Positions 7,406-15,733 of a stretch of DNA of 32,032 bases are shown piece by piece; position 1 is the stretch's first letter; each line of letters opens with the position of its first letter. Source of the DNA: a virus. Taxonomy: Duplodnaviria; Caudoviricetes. Both the position numbers and the translations under genes were made by a program. The notes beneath the pieces were generated by a model that was not told the DNA's origin, ran no database searches, and saw only the letters and a program-made list of their open reading frames with translations. The DNA is taken from IMG/VR virus record IMGVR_UViG_3300017913_002713, positions 1 through 32,032 of that record; one strand, given 5' to 3'.

Positions 7406-8611
7406 TTAAATTATTTCTTTGGGATTATCTACTAATTCTTTAGTGATAATCAAAGTCGTTATTTCTTTTTCACGGTAATCACCTGAGTAGTACATGTGTG
7501 GCATCAGTACTCTCTCAATTTCGCTATGTAATCCTCTCGCCCCAGTTTTCATATCAATACAATTTTGTGCCATTTGTTTGATAGCTTCCTCTTCAAATTC
7601 TAATTTGATAGAGTCAATAGAGAATAAATGTGTATATTGTTCTATGAAGTTATCTTTAATCTCAGTGAGAATTCTAACCATCTCATCTAATGATAACTCC
7701 TGTAATGTCACTGTCGATGTAAATCTACCAATAAACTCTGGAATCATTCCAAACTTTGTCAAATCTTCCGGTGCTACTTTTTCAATATCGACGGGTGCAT
7801 TTTTTCCTACTACTGATGAACCAAAACCAATAGTTGTTCCTTGTGTTCTAGTTCTCAAAATATTTTCTAATCCTACAAAAGCGCCACCAGCAATAAACAA
7901 TATGTTTTTAGTGTCTACTTCTACCATATCACCTTGTGGATTCTTTCGCTTTCCTGCTGTTGGTACACGACATACTGTGCCTTCAACTATCTTCAATAAT
8001 GCTTGTTGTACACCTTCACCAGATACATCTCTAGTGATAGATGAACTTTCACTTTTACGAGCGATCTTATCAATCTCATCGATAAACACGATGCCTCGCT
8101 GTGCTAACTCAACATCATTATCTGCTTTTGCCAATAATGTAGATATCATCGATTCAACATCATCACCTACATATCCCGCTTCTGTTAGACTTGTGGCATC
8201 GGCAACTACAAATGGTACATCTAGATAACGAGCAACAGTTTTAGCCAACATTGTTTTACCTGATCCAGTAGGACCAACTAACAATACATTTCCTTTTTGA
8301 ATATCAAGATTTTCTGGTGGATGATGAATTCTTTTGTAATGATTGGCAATAGCGACAGCCAGAATCTTCTTGGCGTTTGATTGACCAATTACTCGACCAT
8401 CTAAATAATTGTTGATGTTTTTAGGATTGAATTTAGATTCGTCAAATTTTGGTCCCTGTGTTTCACTAGGCAAATCTTCAGTGAGGATTAAATCATTACA
8501 GAGTTCTACACAATCACTACAGATCGAAACTCCTTCACTAACAATTAATTTGCCTACTTGATCTTTATGGCTATTGCAAAAAGAACACGTTTCTTGATAC
8601 ATCTCTTTCAT
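7406..8611 (-). CDS. clpX: ClpX AAA+ unfoldase
   Basis: CSFC..CSDC zinc domain, GPTGSGKT, GYVG, IDEIDK, RDVSGEGVQQALLK, IGF loop, GARGL. Confidence 0.97.
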   Translation of the reverse strand: MKEMYQETCSFCNSHKDQVGKLIVSEGVSICSDCVELCNDLILTEDLPSETQGPKFDESKFNPKNINNYLDGRVIGQSNAKKILAVAIANHYKRIHHPPENLDIQKGNVLLVGPTGSGKTMLAKTVARYLDVPFVVADATSLTEAGYVGDDVESMISTLLAKADNDVELAQRGIVFIDEIDKIARKSESSSITRDVSGEGVQQALLKIVEGTVCRVPTAGKRKNPQGDMVEVDTKNILFIAGGAFVGLENILRTRTQGTTIGFGSSVVGKNAPVDIEKVAPEDLTKFGMIPEFIGRFTSTVTLQELSLDEMVRILTEIKDNFIEQYTHLFSIDSIKLEFEEEAIKQMAQNCIDMKTGARGLHSEIERVLMPHMYYSGDYREKEITTLIITKELVDNPKEII

Positions 8612-8650
8612 AGTAGTACTTATCTTCTTGTTTTGTGTTAAATATTAAAC

Positions 8651-9292
8651 TTATTTTCGTAGATAACGCTTGATTAATGCTCTTTCATCATCCGACAATA
8701 AACTTGTATCATATTCGCCTTTGTCTATTTGTTGAATCAAATATTTAATGTAAGCGTCATCAAACTTGGGTGTTGTCTGAACTTTATTGATCTCTATCCA
8801 TCTATTACCATCAAACTGATATGTTCTGTTTGGTATGGCATCAACCCTTACAAAAATCTCACCCTTGGTGGCAAGTTTAGGAAATGTTTCGCCAAATCCT
8901 TTTTCACTTACATCTCTCTTTACCGCTCCACCCACATCAGGATGTAATGCCAGAAATGCATCTTTCTGAACTGATTTGCCATTATCCTTGACATATCCAC
9001 CTGGGGTTAGCTCATATGTTACGTTATCTGTTTTAATAGTCTTGTGAGGTACAACTTTTTCCACAATCTTCTCGACAGGTACTTCTACAATCTTTTCTAC
9101 TTCGACTATCTTCTCGACAATCTTTTCGACAGGTACTTCTACAATCTTTTCTACTTCTACAATTTTTTCTACAATAACTTCTTTTGGCTTTTTCTCTAAC
9201 TCATCATAAGCATCCATCAATGCTTCTAATGTCTTGGCATATCTTAATTGTAGGTCGTCATAGGCTTCTTTAATCTGTTTTGCTGTTGCCAT
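8651..9292 (-). CDS. Hypothetical protein with VEKIVEVP repeats
   Basis: GGAG SD 7 nt before ATG; repeat block; C-terminal FP..KG..F.RVD..PN...FDG..W segment. Confidence 0.8.
   Translation of the reverse strand: MATAKQIKEAYDDLQLRYAKTLEALMDAYDELEKKPKEVIVEKIVEVEKIVEVPVEKIVEKIVEVEKIVEVPVEKIVEKVVPHKTIKTDNVTYELTPGGYVKDNGKSVQKDAFLALHPDVGGAVKRDVSEKGFGETFPKLATKGEIFVRVDAIPNRTYQFDGNRWIEINKVQTTPKFDDAYIKYLIQQIDKGEYDTSLLSDDERALIKRYLRK
9063..9157 (-). repeat. 41-bp direct repeat, 54-bp period (coding)
   Basis: 9063-9103 versus 9117-9157, one mismatch. Confidence 0.85.
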
Positions 9293-10688
9293 CTAATTTC
9301 TCCGCTAAACGCCTTTCCAACTCTTGTATTGCTGGTGATGGTGTTAGATCGATATCCTCTTCTGGTTTTTCAACTTCTACTATTTTTTCTACGATTCGCT
9401 CAACTGGCACTTCGACAATTTTTTCAACTTCAACAATGCGTTCTGTGTTTCCATTGAGATTGCTATCAATATCATTGCTATTGTCATCAATACTGTCATC
9501 GTTGGCACTAGGATTACTGTTGCCAACATTGTTACTGGGATTGCTAGTTTGTGACTCAACTTTTTCATTTGAATCCTCCTTTATCCATCTATATCCGCTT
9601 TGAGATGCTAATACCAATGTTATCGCTAACGGATCAAATACAAAGATAATCAAAATGATTACCCATTGTACGGCTCTTTCTAACATATTTTGATCAGCCG
9701 ATTCACCATACACAAACTCTGCTATGTATTTTACGGGACCTACTTCTGCTTCTAGTTGACGATATGCTTTTTCATTGACAAACTTTTCTTCTCTAGCATC
9801 ATCAATAACTATTTGCTCTGCTTCAATCTGTGCTTCTAATTCTTCAACTCTGGCATCAATATCTTCAGTTTTCACTGTAGCCTGAGATCTCAATTCAGCA
9901 ATACGATCCTCATATGCCTTAATCTGATCAGCATACCTTTCATCAATCGAATTCAAATCACTTGATAATCTACTGTTGATAGTTCTAATTTCACGCTGGG
10001 CAGAACTCGCTACCGATAGTTCATTGCTCTTAGCAGTAGATACCGCTTCATCAAATGCATCTTGCCCACCAAATGAGGTTGAATCTAATATCTTTTGAGC
10101 GGCGGCAATGTCCGCTTCTTTACGATCAGCGGCTTGTTGTAATCTTATATTTTGTTGTTCTATCTGGCTATTGGCACTTTCTCGTAATGTATCTTTTTCT
10201 TCTTTGATTCTATCATAGATACGATCTAATGCCGTTTGTTCATTGGCAACAAGATTATCAACTCGAACATCTTCACCTTTGAATAATCTACTTAACTCTG
10301 TTTCCCATCTATCAATCTTCGCCTGTGAACGTGAAATCTTACCGTCTAATGATTCTACTACAGCGACTTGTTCATCACTCAACGCTGTTTGTTCAATATG
10401 TGCTTTTGATAGGAAACCAAAAATACCCAATGAGGTGAGGAACATTAATCCTGCTACTGCTATTATCAGATATGATTTGAGATTCCACGGTGCTCTATCC
10501 CAATAGTTATGAAGCCATGCCGCTGTTACAACTTTGGCAAGCTCAAGCGTACCTCCCATGATGTAAATGGGAATGGTAGCTGCAGCAAAAATAGCGGCTA
10601 GACCGATTACTGAATAATATGCCGCTATTGTAGATAAACTTAAAGCGACTAATAATGTCAATGTGGCAAAACTAAATATGTATTTCAT
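9270..10688 (-). CDS. Membrane protein with long coiled coil and VEKIVEVP repeats
   Basis: Three N-terminal TM segments, coiled coil, EVGP.KY, TM with FDPLA. ATG 10688 preferred over GTG 10691. Confidence 0.8.
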   Translation of the reverse strand: MKYIFSFATLTLLVALSLSTIAAYYSVIGLAAIFAAATIPIYIMGGTLELAKVVTAAWLHNYWDRAPWNLKSYLIIAVAGLMFLTSLGIFGFLSKAHIEQTALSDEQVAVVESLDGKISRSQAKIDRWETELSRLFKGEDVRVDNLVANEQTALDRIYDRIKEEKDTLRESANSQIEQQNIRLQQAADRKEADIAAAQKILDSTSFGGQDAFDEAVSTAKSNELSVASSAQREIRTINSRLSSDLNSIDERYADQIKAYEDRIAELRSQATVKTEDIDARVEELEAQIEAEQIVIDDAREEKFVNEKAYRQLEAEVGPVKYIAEFVYGESADQNMLERAVQWVIILIIFVFDPLAITLVLASQSGYRWIKEDSNEKVESQTSNPSNNVGNSNPSANDDSIDDNSNDIDSNLNGNTERIVEVEKIVEVPVERIVEKIVEVEKPEEDIDLTPSPAIQELERRLAEKLDGNSKTD

Positions 10689-10696
10689 CACTGTAT

Positions 10697-10906
10697 TTAT
10701 TCGAAAAGATGTCCATAATGTTCGATGAACTCTTCGAAGTGTAACATCAATTTACGAGGAAGTCCACCACTTTGGGTAGTTGTATATGTCACCCATGGCC
10801 CTGTATCACGGCGTTTTACCTGTATTACCTTTAGAACATCGCCGTCCTCAAATACGTATTGTTTCCCTTCAAATCTTTTTCTCAAATCTGAATCATCATA
10901 TTTCAT
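10697..10906 (-). CDS. Hypothetical protein
   Basis: 69 aa, GAGG SD, fits the gene tiling. Confidence 0.7.
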   Translation of the reverse strand: MKYDDSDLRKRFEGKQYVFEDGDVLKVIQVKRRDTGPWVTYTTTQSGGLPRKLMLHFEEFIEHYGHLFE

Positions 10907-10922
10907 ATTATTCCTCTTACTT

Positions 10923-11159
10923 TTACAATGTTTTATTGTGTCTTTTTTGAAAATGTAATCTAACCATTGTTTTTCGCCATATCGCTACAATAGAAAATAC
11001 AGCAGTAAAAAACAATGTCATTTCTATTGGAGAAAATTCATGGTACAATGCGATACTAACTAAAACAAAGTTTAGTGGGATATTGATAAATGATGCTATC
11101 AAAGTATCAAACGTTGCTTCCTTGAACGCTACCCATTTATCGTATCTAGTTAACTTCAT
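10923..11159 (-). CDS. Small two-TM membrane protein
   Basis: Two hydrophobic segments; coupled to upstream ORF. Confidence 0.7.
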   Translation of the reverse strand: MKLTRYDKWVAFKEATFDTLIASFINIPLNFVLVSIALYHEFSPIEMTLFFTAVFSIVAIWRKTMVRLHFQKRHNKTL

Positions 11160-11392
11160 TACAAACTTTTGGCAAACTTGCCAAATTCCATTTCAAAATT
11201 CTGTGCCGCCATAACAGTTTCAAACTGAAAAGTATGTTCATACACATTTGTATATTTTCGAAAGTGCCATTCCTCTTTCCTACATTGTCTCTTACACCAT
11301 TCTTTACCTTGTGATTCTAAATCACTATGCAATGTTACAATATAACCAGGCATCCATTGACGCTTGTAATCATCGATCTGTTGTGGAGTCAT
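11159..11392 (-). CDS. Hypothetical protein
   Basis: 77 aa, fits the gene tiling. Confidence 0.7.
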   Translation of the reverse strand: MTPQQIDDYKRQWMPGYIVTLHSDLESQGKEWCKRQCRKEEWHFRKYTNVYEHTFQFETVMAAQNFEMEFGKFAKSL

Positions 11393-11789
11393 TTGTCTTT
11401 TCTCTTAAACTTATCTTCTTCAGAGATAACATATCTTTCATACTCATAATGTAAGCACTCACTGCCAATATGAAAATACCAGCACTCTCATAAAGAATAT
11501 TCAAAGGTTCTGCTCCCTTTGTTTGTAATACAATCATTCGTGTCAATGCCGTCATTGCAATGATCAATGGCAATGTGACTGGAATACGATGATCTTTGTA
11601 GAATGCTCCAACCATACCTAAAATCTCGGCATAGATAAAGAGTAGAAATAGATCACCTAATTCTATCTTTCCTTCTGCACTAAAAATATAGACAACATCA
11701 AAGGCGGCGGCATAAACCGTTCCCGCTACAATGAAAAGTAATAACGCCTTTTCTATGTGGTCTATGATCCTACTTACTGTGTTTTTCAT
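11370..11789 (-). CDS. psiE: PsiE-family phosphate-starvation-inducible membrane protein
   Basis: LLFIYAEILGMV..FY...RIPV..P..IAMTALTR; four TM segments. Confidence 0.8.
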   Translation of the reverse strand: MKNTVSRIIDHIEKALLLFIVAGTVYAAAFDVVYIFSAEGKIELGDLFLLFIYAEILGMVGAFYKDHRIPVTLPLIIAMTALTRMIVLQTKGAEPLNILYESAGIFILAVSAYIMSMKDMLSLKKISLREKTNDSTTDR

Positions 11790-13123
11790 TTATCATCCCT
11801 AAATCTTACAAATCGAGGGAATCGTAAAGAGTAGGTACCATTTTGATTTTGACTCACAACATCAGCCAATATCTCTACCGTATTACCTACAATATGATTA
11901 CGATTCTCCCAATAATCTGTCCTTTCACTATCTGAATATCCACTGCCTACATTGACAGTAATCTCGCGTCCATCATCTACACCATGACAGACCAAAGCAC
12001 CTAACCTTCCTTTATTACGGCCAGTACCTTCTTCCACACCTACTACCTGAAGATCAACTGTAATCGTAGGTTTCCATTTGAGCCAGAACTTATTACGCTT
12101 ACATTCATATGGAGCGCCCATATCTTTGATCATGATACCTTCATATCCTTCTTCAACCATATCACGACCATATTGTTCAAGAGTTTGTTGTCCTTCAGTA
12201 GTATCCAAATCTACTTCAATATGAGGCACAAGTTCAACATGAGACATTTGATTGAACATTTTTTCCATATTGTTTAGAATGTCAACTCGTGTACTGAGTG
12301 GAGCATTCCAGTGACCATTATGGAAATCGTTCAATGGCAAAATATCAAATACATGAAATACTGTATCTTCTGCCTGTACATCTTCTTTTCGTCTGGCTTG
12401 TCTCATCAATGATTGAAATGACTCACCCACGATCTCACCATCTAATACAAAACCATTGTGTAACGCTTTCATATTTCGATAAAGTAGACCAATATTTCTT
12501 TCTAATTCCGCTTCAATATGAGAGAAGTTTTCAAAAACTTTGCCATTACGACTATATGTTGTGACATATGTCATATTACGATTCATTTTACCTACTACAA
12601 TGAGAACACGAACACCATCTAACTTTGGTTCGATTCGCTTTGCGCCTCTCATTTCTGGACGACCTTTTGAATCTGTAGCCAACTGACATCCAAAAGTAGG
12701 TATCTTATATTTGGGTAGTTCTCGCTTAACAACTTTATTGATTGTCTTTTCTGAGATACCTGATCTCATGTCACGGCGTAGAATAGGAGCGATAAAGTCA
12801 TTCCATTCATCACTATCAAAGCGATGCATAAGTTGTTCAACTTCATCACGGGCATCATTACCAGTGAGTTTTCTTTCGCTCAAATCAGAAAGTAGTTGCC
12901 ATAAATCATCCCATGGATTTTCGGCATTAGTAATACCTACTGATTCTGGGATTTGTTTTATTCCGAACGTGATAAAAGGATTGTAACATTGATACAATCC
13001 CTTCAAAAAGTTTTCAGAATTTGTACTACCAAGTTTAGCAGTTTCTACCGCCTGTTTCAGAATGTCTTCTTTGTAGTTACGACTATCTGATTCAGTCAGT
13101 TTATTAATCCACGATGAGGTCAT
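11786..13123 (-). CDS. ATP-dependent DNA ligase
   Basis: EPKLDGVR, DGE, EGIMIK, WLKWK, LRFPRF. Start moved to ATG 13123 (GGAG upstream). Confidence 0.95.
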   Translation of the reverse strand: MTSSWINKLTESDSRNYKEDILKQAVETAKLGSTNSENFLKGLYQCYNPFITFGIKQIPESVGITNAENPWDDLWQLLSDLSERKLTGNDARDEVEQLMHRFDSDEWNDFIAPILRRDMRSGISEKTINKVVKRELPKYKIPTFGCQLATDSKGRPEMRGAKRIEPKLDGVRVLIVVGKMNRNMTYVTTYSRNGKVFENFSHIEAELERNIGLLYRNMKALHNGFVLDGEIVGESFQSLMRQARRKEDVQAEDTVFHVFDILPLNDFHNGHWNAPLSTRVDILNNMEKMFNQMSHVELVPHIEVDLDTTEGQQTLEQYGRDMVEEGYEGIMIKDMGAPYECKRNKFWLKWKPTITVDLQVVGVEEGTGRNKGRLGALVCHGVDDGREITVNVGSGYSDSERTDYWENRNHIVGNTVEILADVVSQNQNGTYSLRFPRFVRFRDDK

Positions 13124-13301
13124 CCATGTCTCCATCCATTGCTGTGTTCCATACTTCGATGAAATGATTGACAAACTCTCGCTGATCTTCTGTTAGATCA
13201 ACCTCTAACAATAACTCATCAGCACTCATAACAGGTAGATTATTCTCCGCTATGAACTCTTGATAATCGGTTATTAACCCTTCGATAGTATTGTTCAACA
13301 T
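13104..13301 (-). CDS. Acidic hypothetical protein, 65 aa
   Basis: Start moved to ATG 13301 after AAGGAG. Confidence 0.7.
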   Translation of the reverse strand: MLNNTIEGLITDYQEFIAENNLPVMSADELLLEVDLTEDQREFVNHFIEVWNTAMDGDMDDLIVD

Positions 13302-13311
13302 TTTACTCTCC

Positions 13312-13644
13312 TTACAGGTATAGTGGACCAGTCCAGTTAATATCATAATCACCGTCGAGGATATTACCTCGTGCCGCATTACGGGCAGGTGCCGCCCAAG
13401 ATGCCGCCTTCAGGATATCACCTTGGCGAAACTTCTTGTCATTGTCACCCTTGACAACAAATCCCCAAACCATCTGTTGGTTACCAGTATCACGAATGAC
13501 CTTGATGTACTTACGACCTTCTTCGATGAAGGTGCTATTGAACATTCTATCATAATCAGCCTGACGATCTTCACTGTTACGTGAACGCCAGTTAGCAAAA
13601 TCTTCAGCGATGGCTTGACGAAGTTCAGTTAGTTGCTTTTCCAT
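13312..13644 (-). CDS. Conserved-looking phage early protein
   Basis: GRKYIKV, GDILKAASWAAPARN.ARGNI; directly under cassette 4. Confidence 0.8.
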   Translation of the reverse strand: MEKQLTELRQAIAEDFANWRSRNSEDRQADYDRMFNSTFIEEGRKYIKVIRDTGNQQMVWGFVVKGDNDKKFRQGDILKAASWAAPARNAARGNILDGDYDINWTGPLYL

Positions 13645-13740
13645 GTTGATCTCCTCGATCAGTTGATTTCTTCAGTGTATGTGTATATAATAACAGAAGT
13701 TTATCTAAATGTCAATAGGGAAAAGTGTGAATAATCACAC
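13645..13740 (-). promoter_or_regulatory. Promoter cassette copy 4
   Basis: GTGTGA-N4-TCACAC 13725-13740; TTGACA 13715-13710; 17 bp; TGn-TATTAT; leader nearly identical to copies 2 and 5. Confidence 0.9.
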
Positions 13741-13953
13741 TCCATCCGTCTCGGCAATAGTCGCTAGTTTGTCAAACAACCGAACATAATTCATGGGATC
13801 TTCACTGTTGTAACTGTTGATTTCATCCCACCGATCCAAGAACACATCACCATCAATAAATTCCCAGTTAAAAGAACCATCTGAATTACGGTTTTCTGGG
13901 CGTTGAGCGGCTTTTGTGAAAGCAATAGCGATAAGGGTTTCAATACGGTTCAT
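13735..13953 (-). CDS. Hypothetical early protein
   Basis: 72 aa, sits between cassettes 4 and 5. Confidence 0.75.
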   Translation of the reverse strand: MNRIETLIAIAFTKAAQRPENRNSDGSFNWEFIDGDVFLDRWDEINSYNSEDPMNYVRLFDKLATIAETDGV

Positions 13954-14047
13954 AGCGATCTCCTCGATCAGTTGGTTTCTTCAGTGTATGTGTATATAAT
14001 AACAGAAGATTACCTAAATGTCAATAGGGAAAAATGGTAATATTACC
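13954..14047 (-). promoter_or_regulatory. Promoter cassette copy 5
   Basis: GGTAATATTACC 14036-14047; TTGACA 14024-14019; 17 bp; TATTAT 14001-13996; GATC-GAGGA-GATC SD hairpin. Confidence 0.9.
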
Positions 14048-14486
14048 TATTTTTCAAAGAATCTAGATAATGCCCAAATGATCCATACAGTGTTATCATC
14101 ATTGCCAACTTTTCATCATAGATACGAATGGCGGCTGAATATGGATTAGGATAAGCTCGGCTATGACTAGCCCTCAAATAATAGGGGGATGTTACATTTT
14201 TGTTTATTATCTGTTGAGCCTGTCTTGGACTTGTTCCTGATTCTTTTAGAGACACTAACCAATCGTCCAAACCAAAATCATAATGTTTTATTTCAGCAGT
14301 TCGGAAAGCTAGATTACCCTCCTGAGTCAATGCCATTGATGTTCCACTTCTACCAGTGACCCACCATTGGAACATGAGTTTATCTAATGGAGTATCTTTC
14401 CAACTATTATCGGGATTGTTTTTTAGTTGTTCGAATACAAGTTTGGTGATAGTCCGTTTGTCATGATTCATCATCTGGATAAACAA
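14043..14486 (-). CDS. Hypothetical protein (start uncertain, possibly 14474 or 14471)
   Basis: Long ORF that fits the gene tiling. Confidence 0.7.
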   Translation of the reverse strand: MFIQMMNHDKRTITKLVFEQLKNNPDNSWKDTPLDKLMFQWWVTGRSGTSMALTQEGNLAFRTAEIKHYDFGLDDWLVSLKESGTSPRQAQQIINKNVTSPYYLRASHSRAYPNPYSAAIRIYDEKLAMMITLYGSFGHYLDSLKNR

Positions 14487-14760
14487 CTCTACCCGTATTC
14501 ATGAACACTACAGTAAACTTATCTGTATTGAATTGTTTGTTTAACTTTCTACAAAGATTTCGAGCGTGTCCTGGATTTGAAAAACTTGTCTTCTTGTATT
14601 TCGGTGCCTGACCACTAGCGAGGTAATGAGATGATTTCAAATTGATAGGACTATTGTCATAAAAGACTGCCCAGATACCCGCCGCTTCAATAATTTGATC
14701 ACAACGATATGTATCTTTTTCAATATGCTCTAACAGCACTAATGGCTGTGTTCTACTCAT
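14461..14760 (-). CDS. Hypothetical protein
   Basis: 99 aa; KYKKTSFSNPGHA motif; ATGA coupling. Confidence 0.75.
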   Translation of the reverse strand: MSRTQPLVLLEHIEKDTYRCDQIIEAAGIWAVFYDNSPINLKSSHYLASGQAPKYKKTSFSNPGHARNLCRKLNKQFNTDKFTVVFMNTGRVVYPDDES

Positions 14761-14960
14761 TTGAATGTGCCGCCTGTTACTTTCACATCTATCACTTCTT
14801 CCTTTGATGTTTTCTCATTAGTTAGTTCATGTAGATCAGCCAATAACTTGCTTACCTCATCCCGTACAAGTCTGGCATCAGACATTGGCATAACCAAGTC
14901 TTTTGCTTTCCTTGTCTCTAATGCCGAGACTTTATCCATGAACTTTTTAATGTACATCAT
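14757..14960 (-). CDS. Hypothetical protein
   Basis: 67 aa; ATGA coupling on both sides. Confidence 0.7.
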   Translation of the reverse strand: MMYIKKFMDKVSALETRKAKDLVMPMSDARLVRDEVSKLLADLHELTNEKTSKEEVIDVKVTGGTFK

Positions 14961-15415
14961 AAGTTATTTAGTTGCGATTTTGCATCTTCCTCATTTTTGT
15001 ATGGTCCATAATATGGATATCTATCAACGAAGATATACTTCGGACAAAATGTTACTTCAGGTGTACCATTGTGATTCACGGCATACCATCCCGCTACATG
15101 ATAACACTTACTCTGTTGTGTCTTGGTGAAAAGATGTAATCCTTTTGTTACATCATAAAGCGAATTATAGATGACATTTGGAGTAGGATAATCAGCATAT
15201 GGAACCACCTCATCAGAAGTTGATGATCCAAATGAAACAAACTTAATTGGAATCTTCTTACTGATTTCACTCGTATCATCAAACTGGACATAATCCCCAT
15301 TCATTTGAAGACTAAAACCAGCACTATTGGCTTCAATGTTACCAATCTTACGATCACCATCGGTTACTATCCATAACTGATCTTTGATGATCGGTTTCGC
15401 TACTAATTCAGACAT
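14957..15415 (-). CDS. Hypothetical protein
   Basis: 152 aa, GGAG SD, TAAATA upstream. Confidence 0.75.
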   Translation of the reverse strand: MSELVAKPIIKDQLWIVTDGDRKIGNIEANSAGFSLQMNGDYVQFDDTSEISKKIPIKFVSFGSSTSDEVVPYADYPTPNVIYNSLYDVTKGLHLFTKTQQSKCYHVAGWYAVNHNGTPEVTFCPKYIFVDRYPYYGPYKNEEDAKSQLNNL

Positions 15416-15466
15416 AATTTCTCCCTTTATGACTCTCTATTTAATACTGTTTTTTCTTGTCGAAAA

Positions 15467-15733
15467 TTATTTTTCATCTTTTATTGCATTCCATGTCATC
15501 TCTTTGGCTAACTCTCGCTGTATTTGAATCTCATTGTCTAACATTTCATTTCCAAATAAATTGATAAGATCAATTACCGCTTTTTCGCCTCGTTCTGTCA
15601 AAGGTAATTTATTGTAAAAAGTCATACCCTCGTTATGGCGAAAGTTTTTCCAATCATATATAGTTGCCAATACAGATGCATACAACTGTTTTTCCAAATG
15701 TTCTTTTTTAATACTTGGGCTATCATCACTCAT
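15467..15733 (-). CDS. Hypothetical protein
   Basis: 88 aa; overlaps the exonuclease stop. Confidence 0.7.
   Translation of the reverse strand: MSDDSPSIKKEHLEKQLYASVLATIYDWKNFRHNEGMTFYNKLPLTERGEKAVIDLINLFGNEMLDNEIQIQRELAKEMTWNAIKDEK

Noticed and set aside
7494-8228. Long antisense ORF (244 aa) and similar ones at 4972-5352, 7078-7320, 9280-9603, 25494-25823
   Set aside because: They mirror well-supported genes on the opposite strand and show no motifs or SD.
9270-9292. Frameshift fusion of the two VEKIVEVP proteins
   Set aside because: The downstream gene has its own GGAG SD and ATG, and no slippery heptamer is evident.
13245-13266. YQEFIAE matching the T4 capsid targeting sequence
   Set aside because: It is internal rather than N-terminal, in a gene under an early cassette; likely coincidence.
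13725-13740. CRP site (TGTGA...TCACA), also at 3519-3533
   Set aside because: Spacing is N4 or N5, not the N6 that CRP requires.
482-14047. Repeats as a CRISPR array or integron attC sites
   Set aside because: Copies are dispersed, separated by whole genes, contain promoter and SD elements, and lack attC R-box structure; no cas or integrase gene seen.
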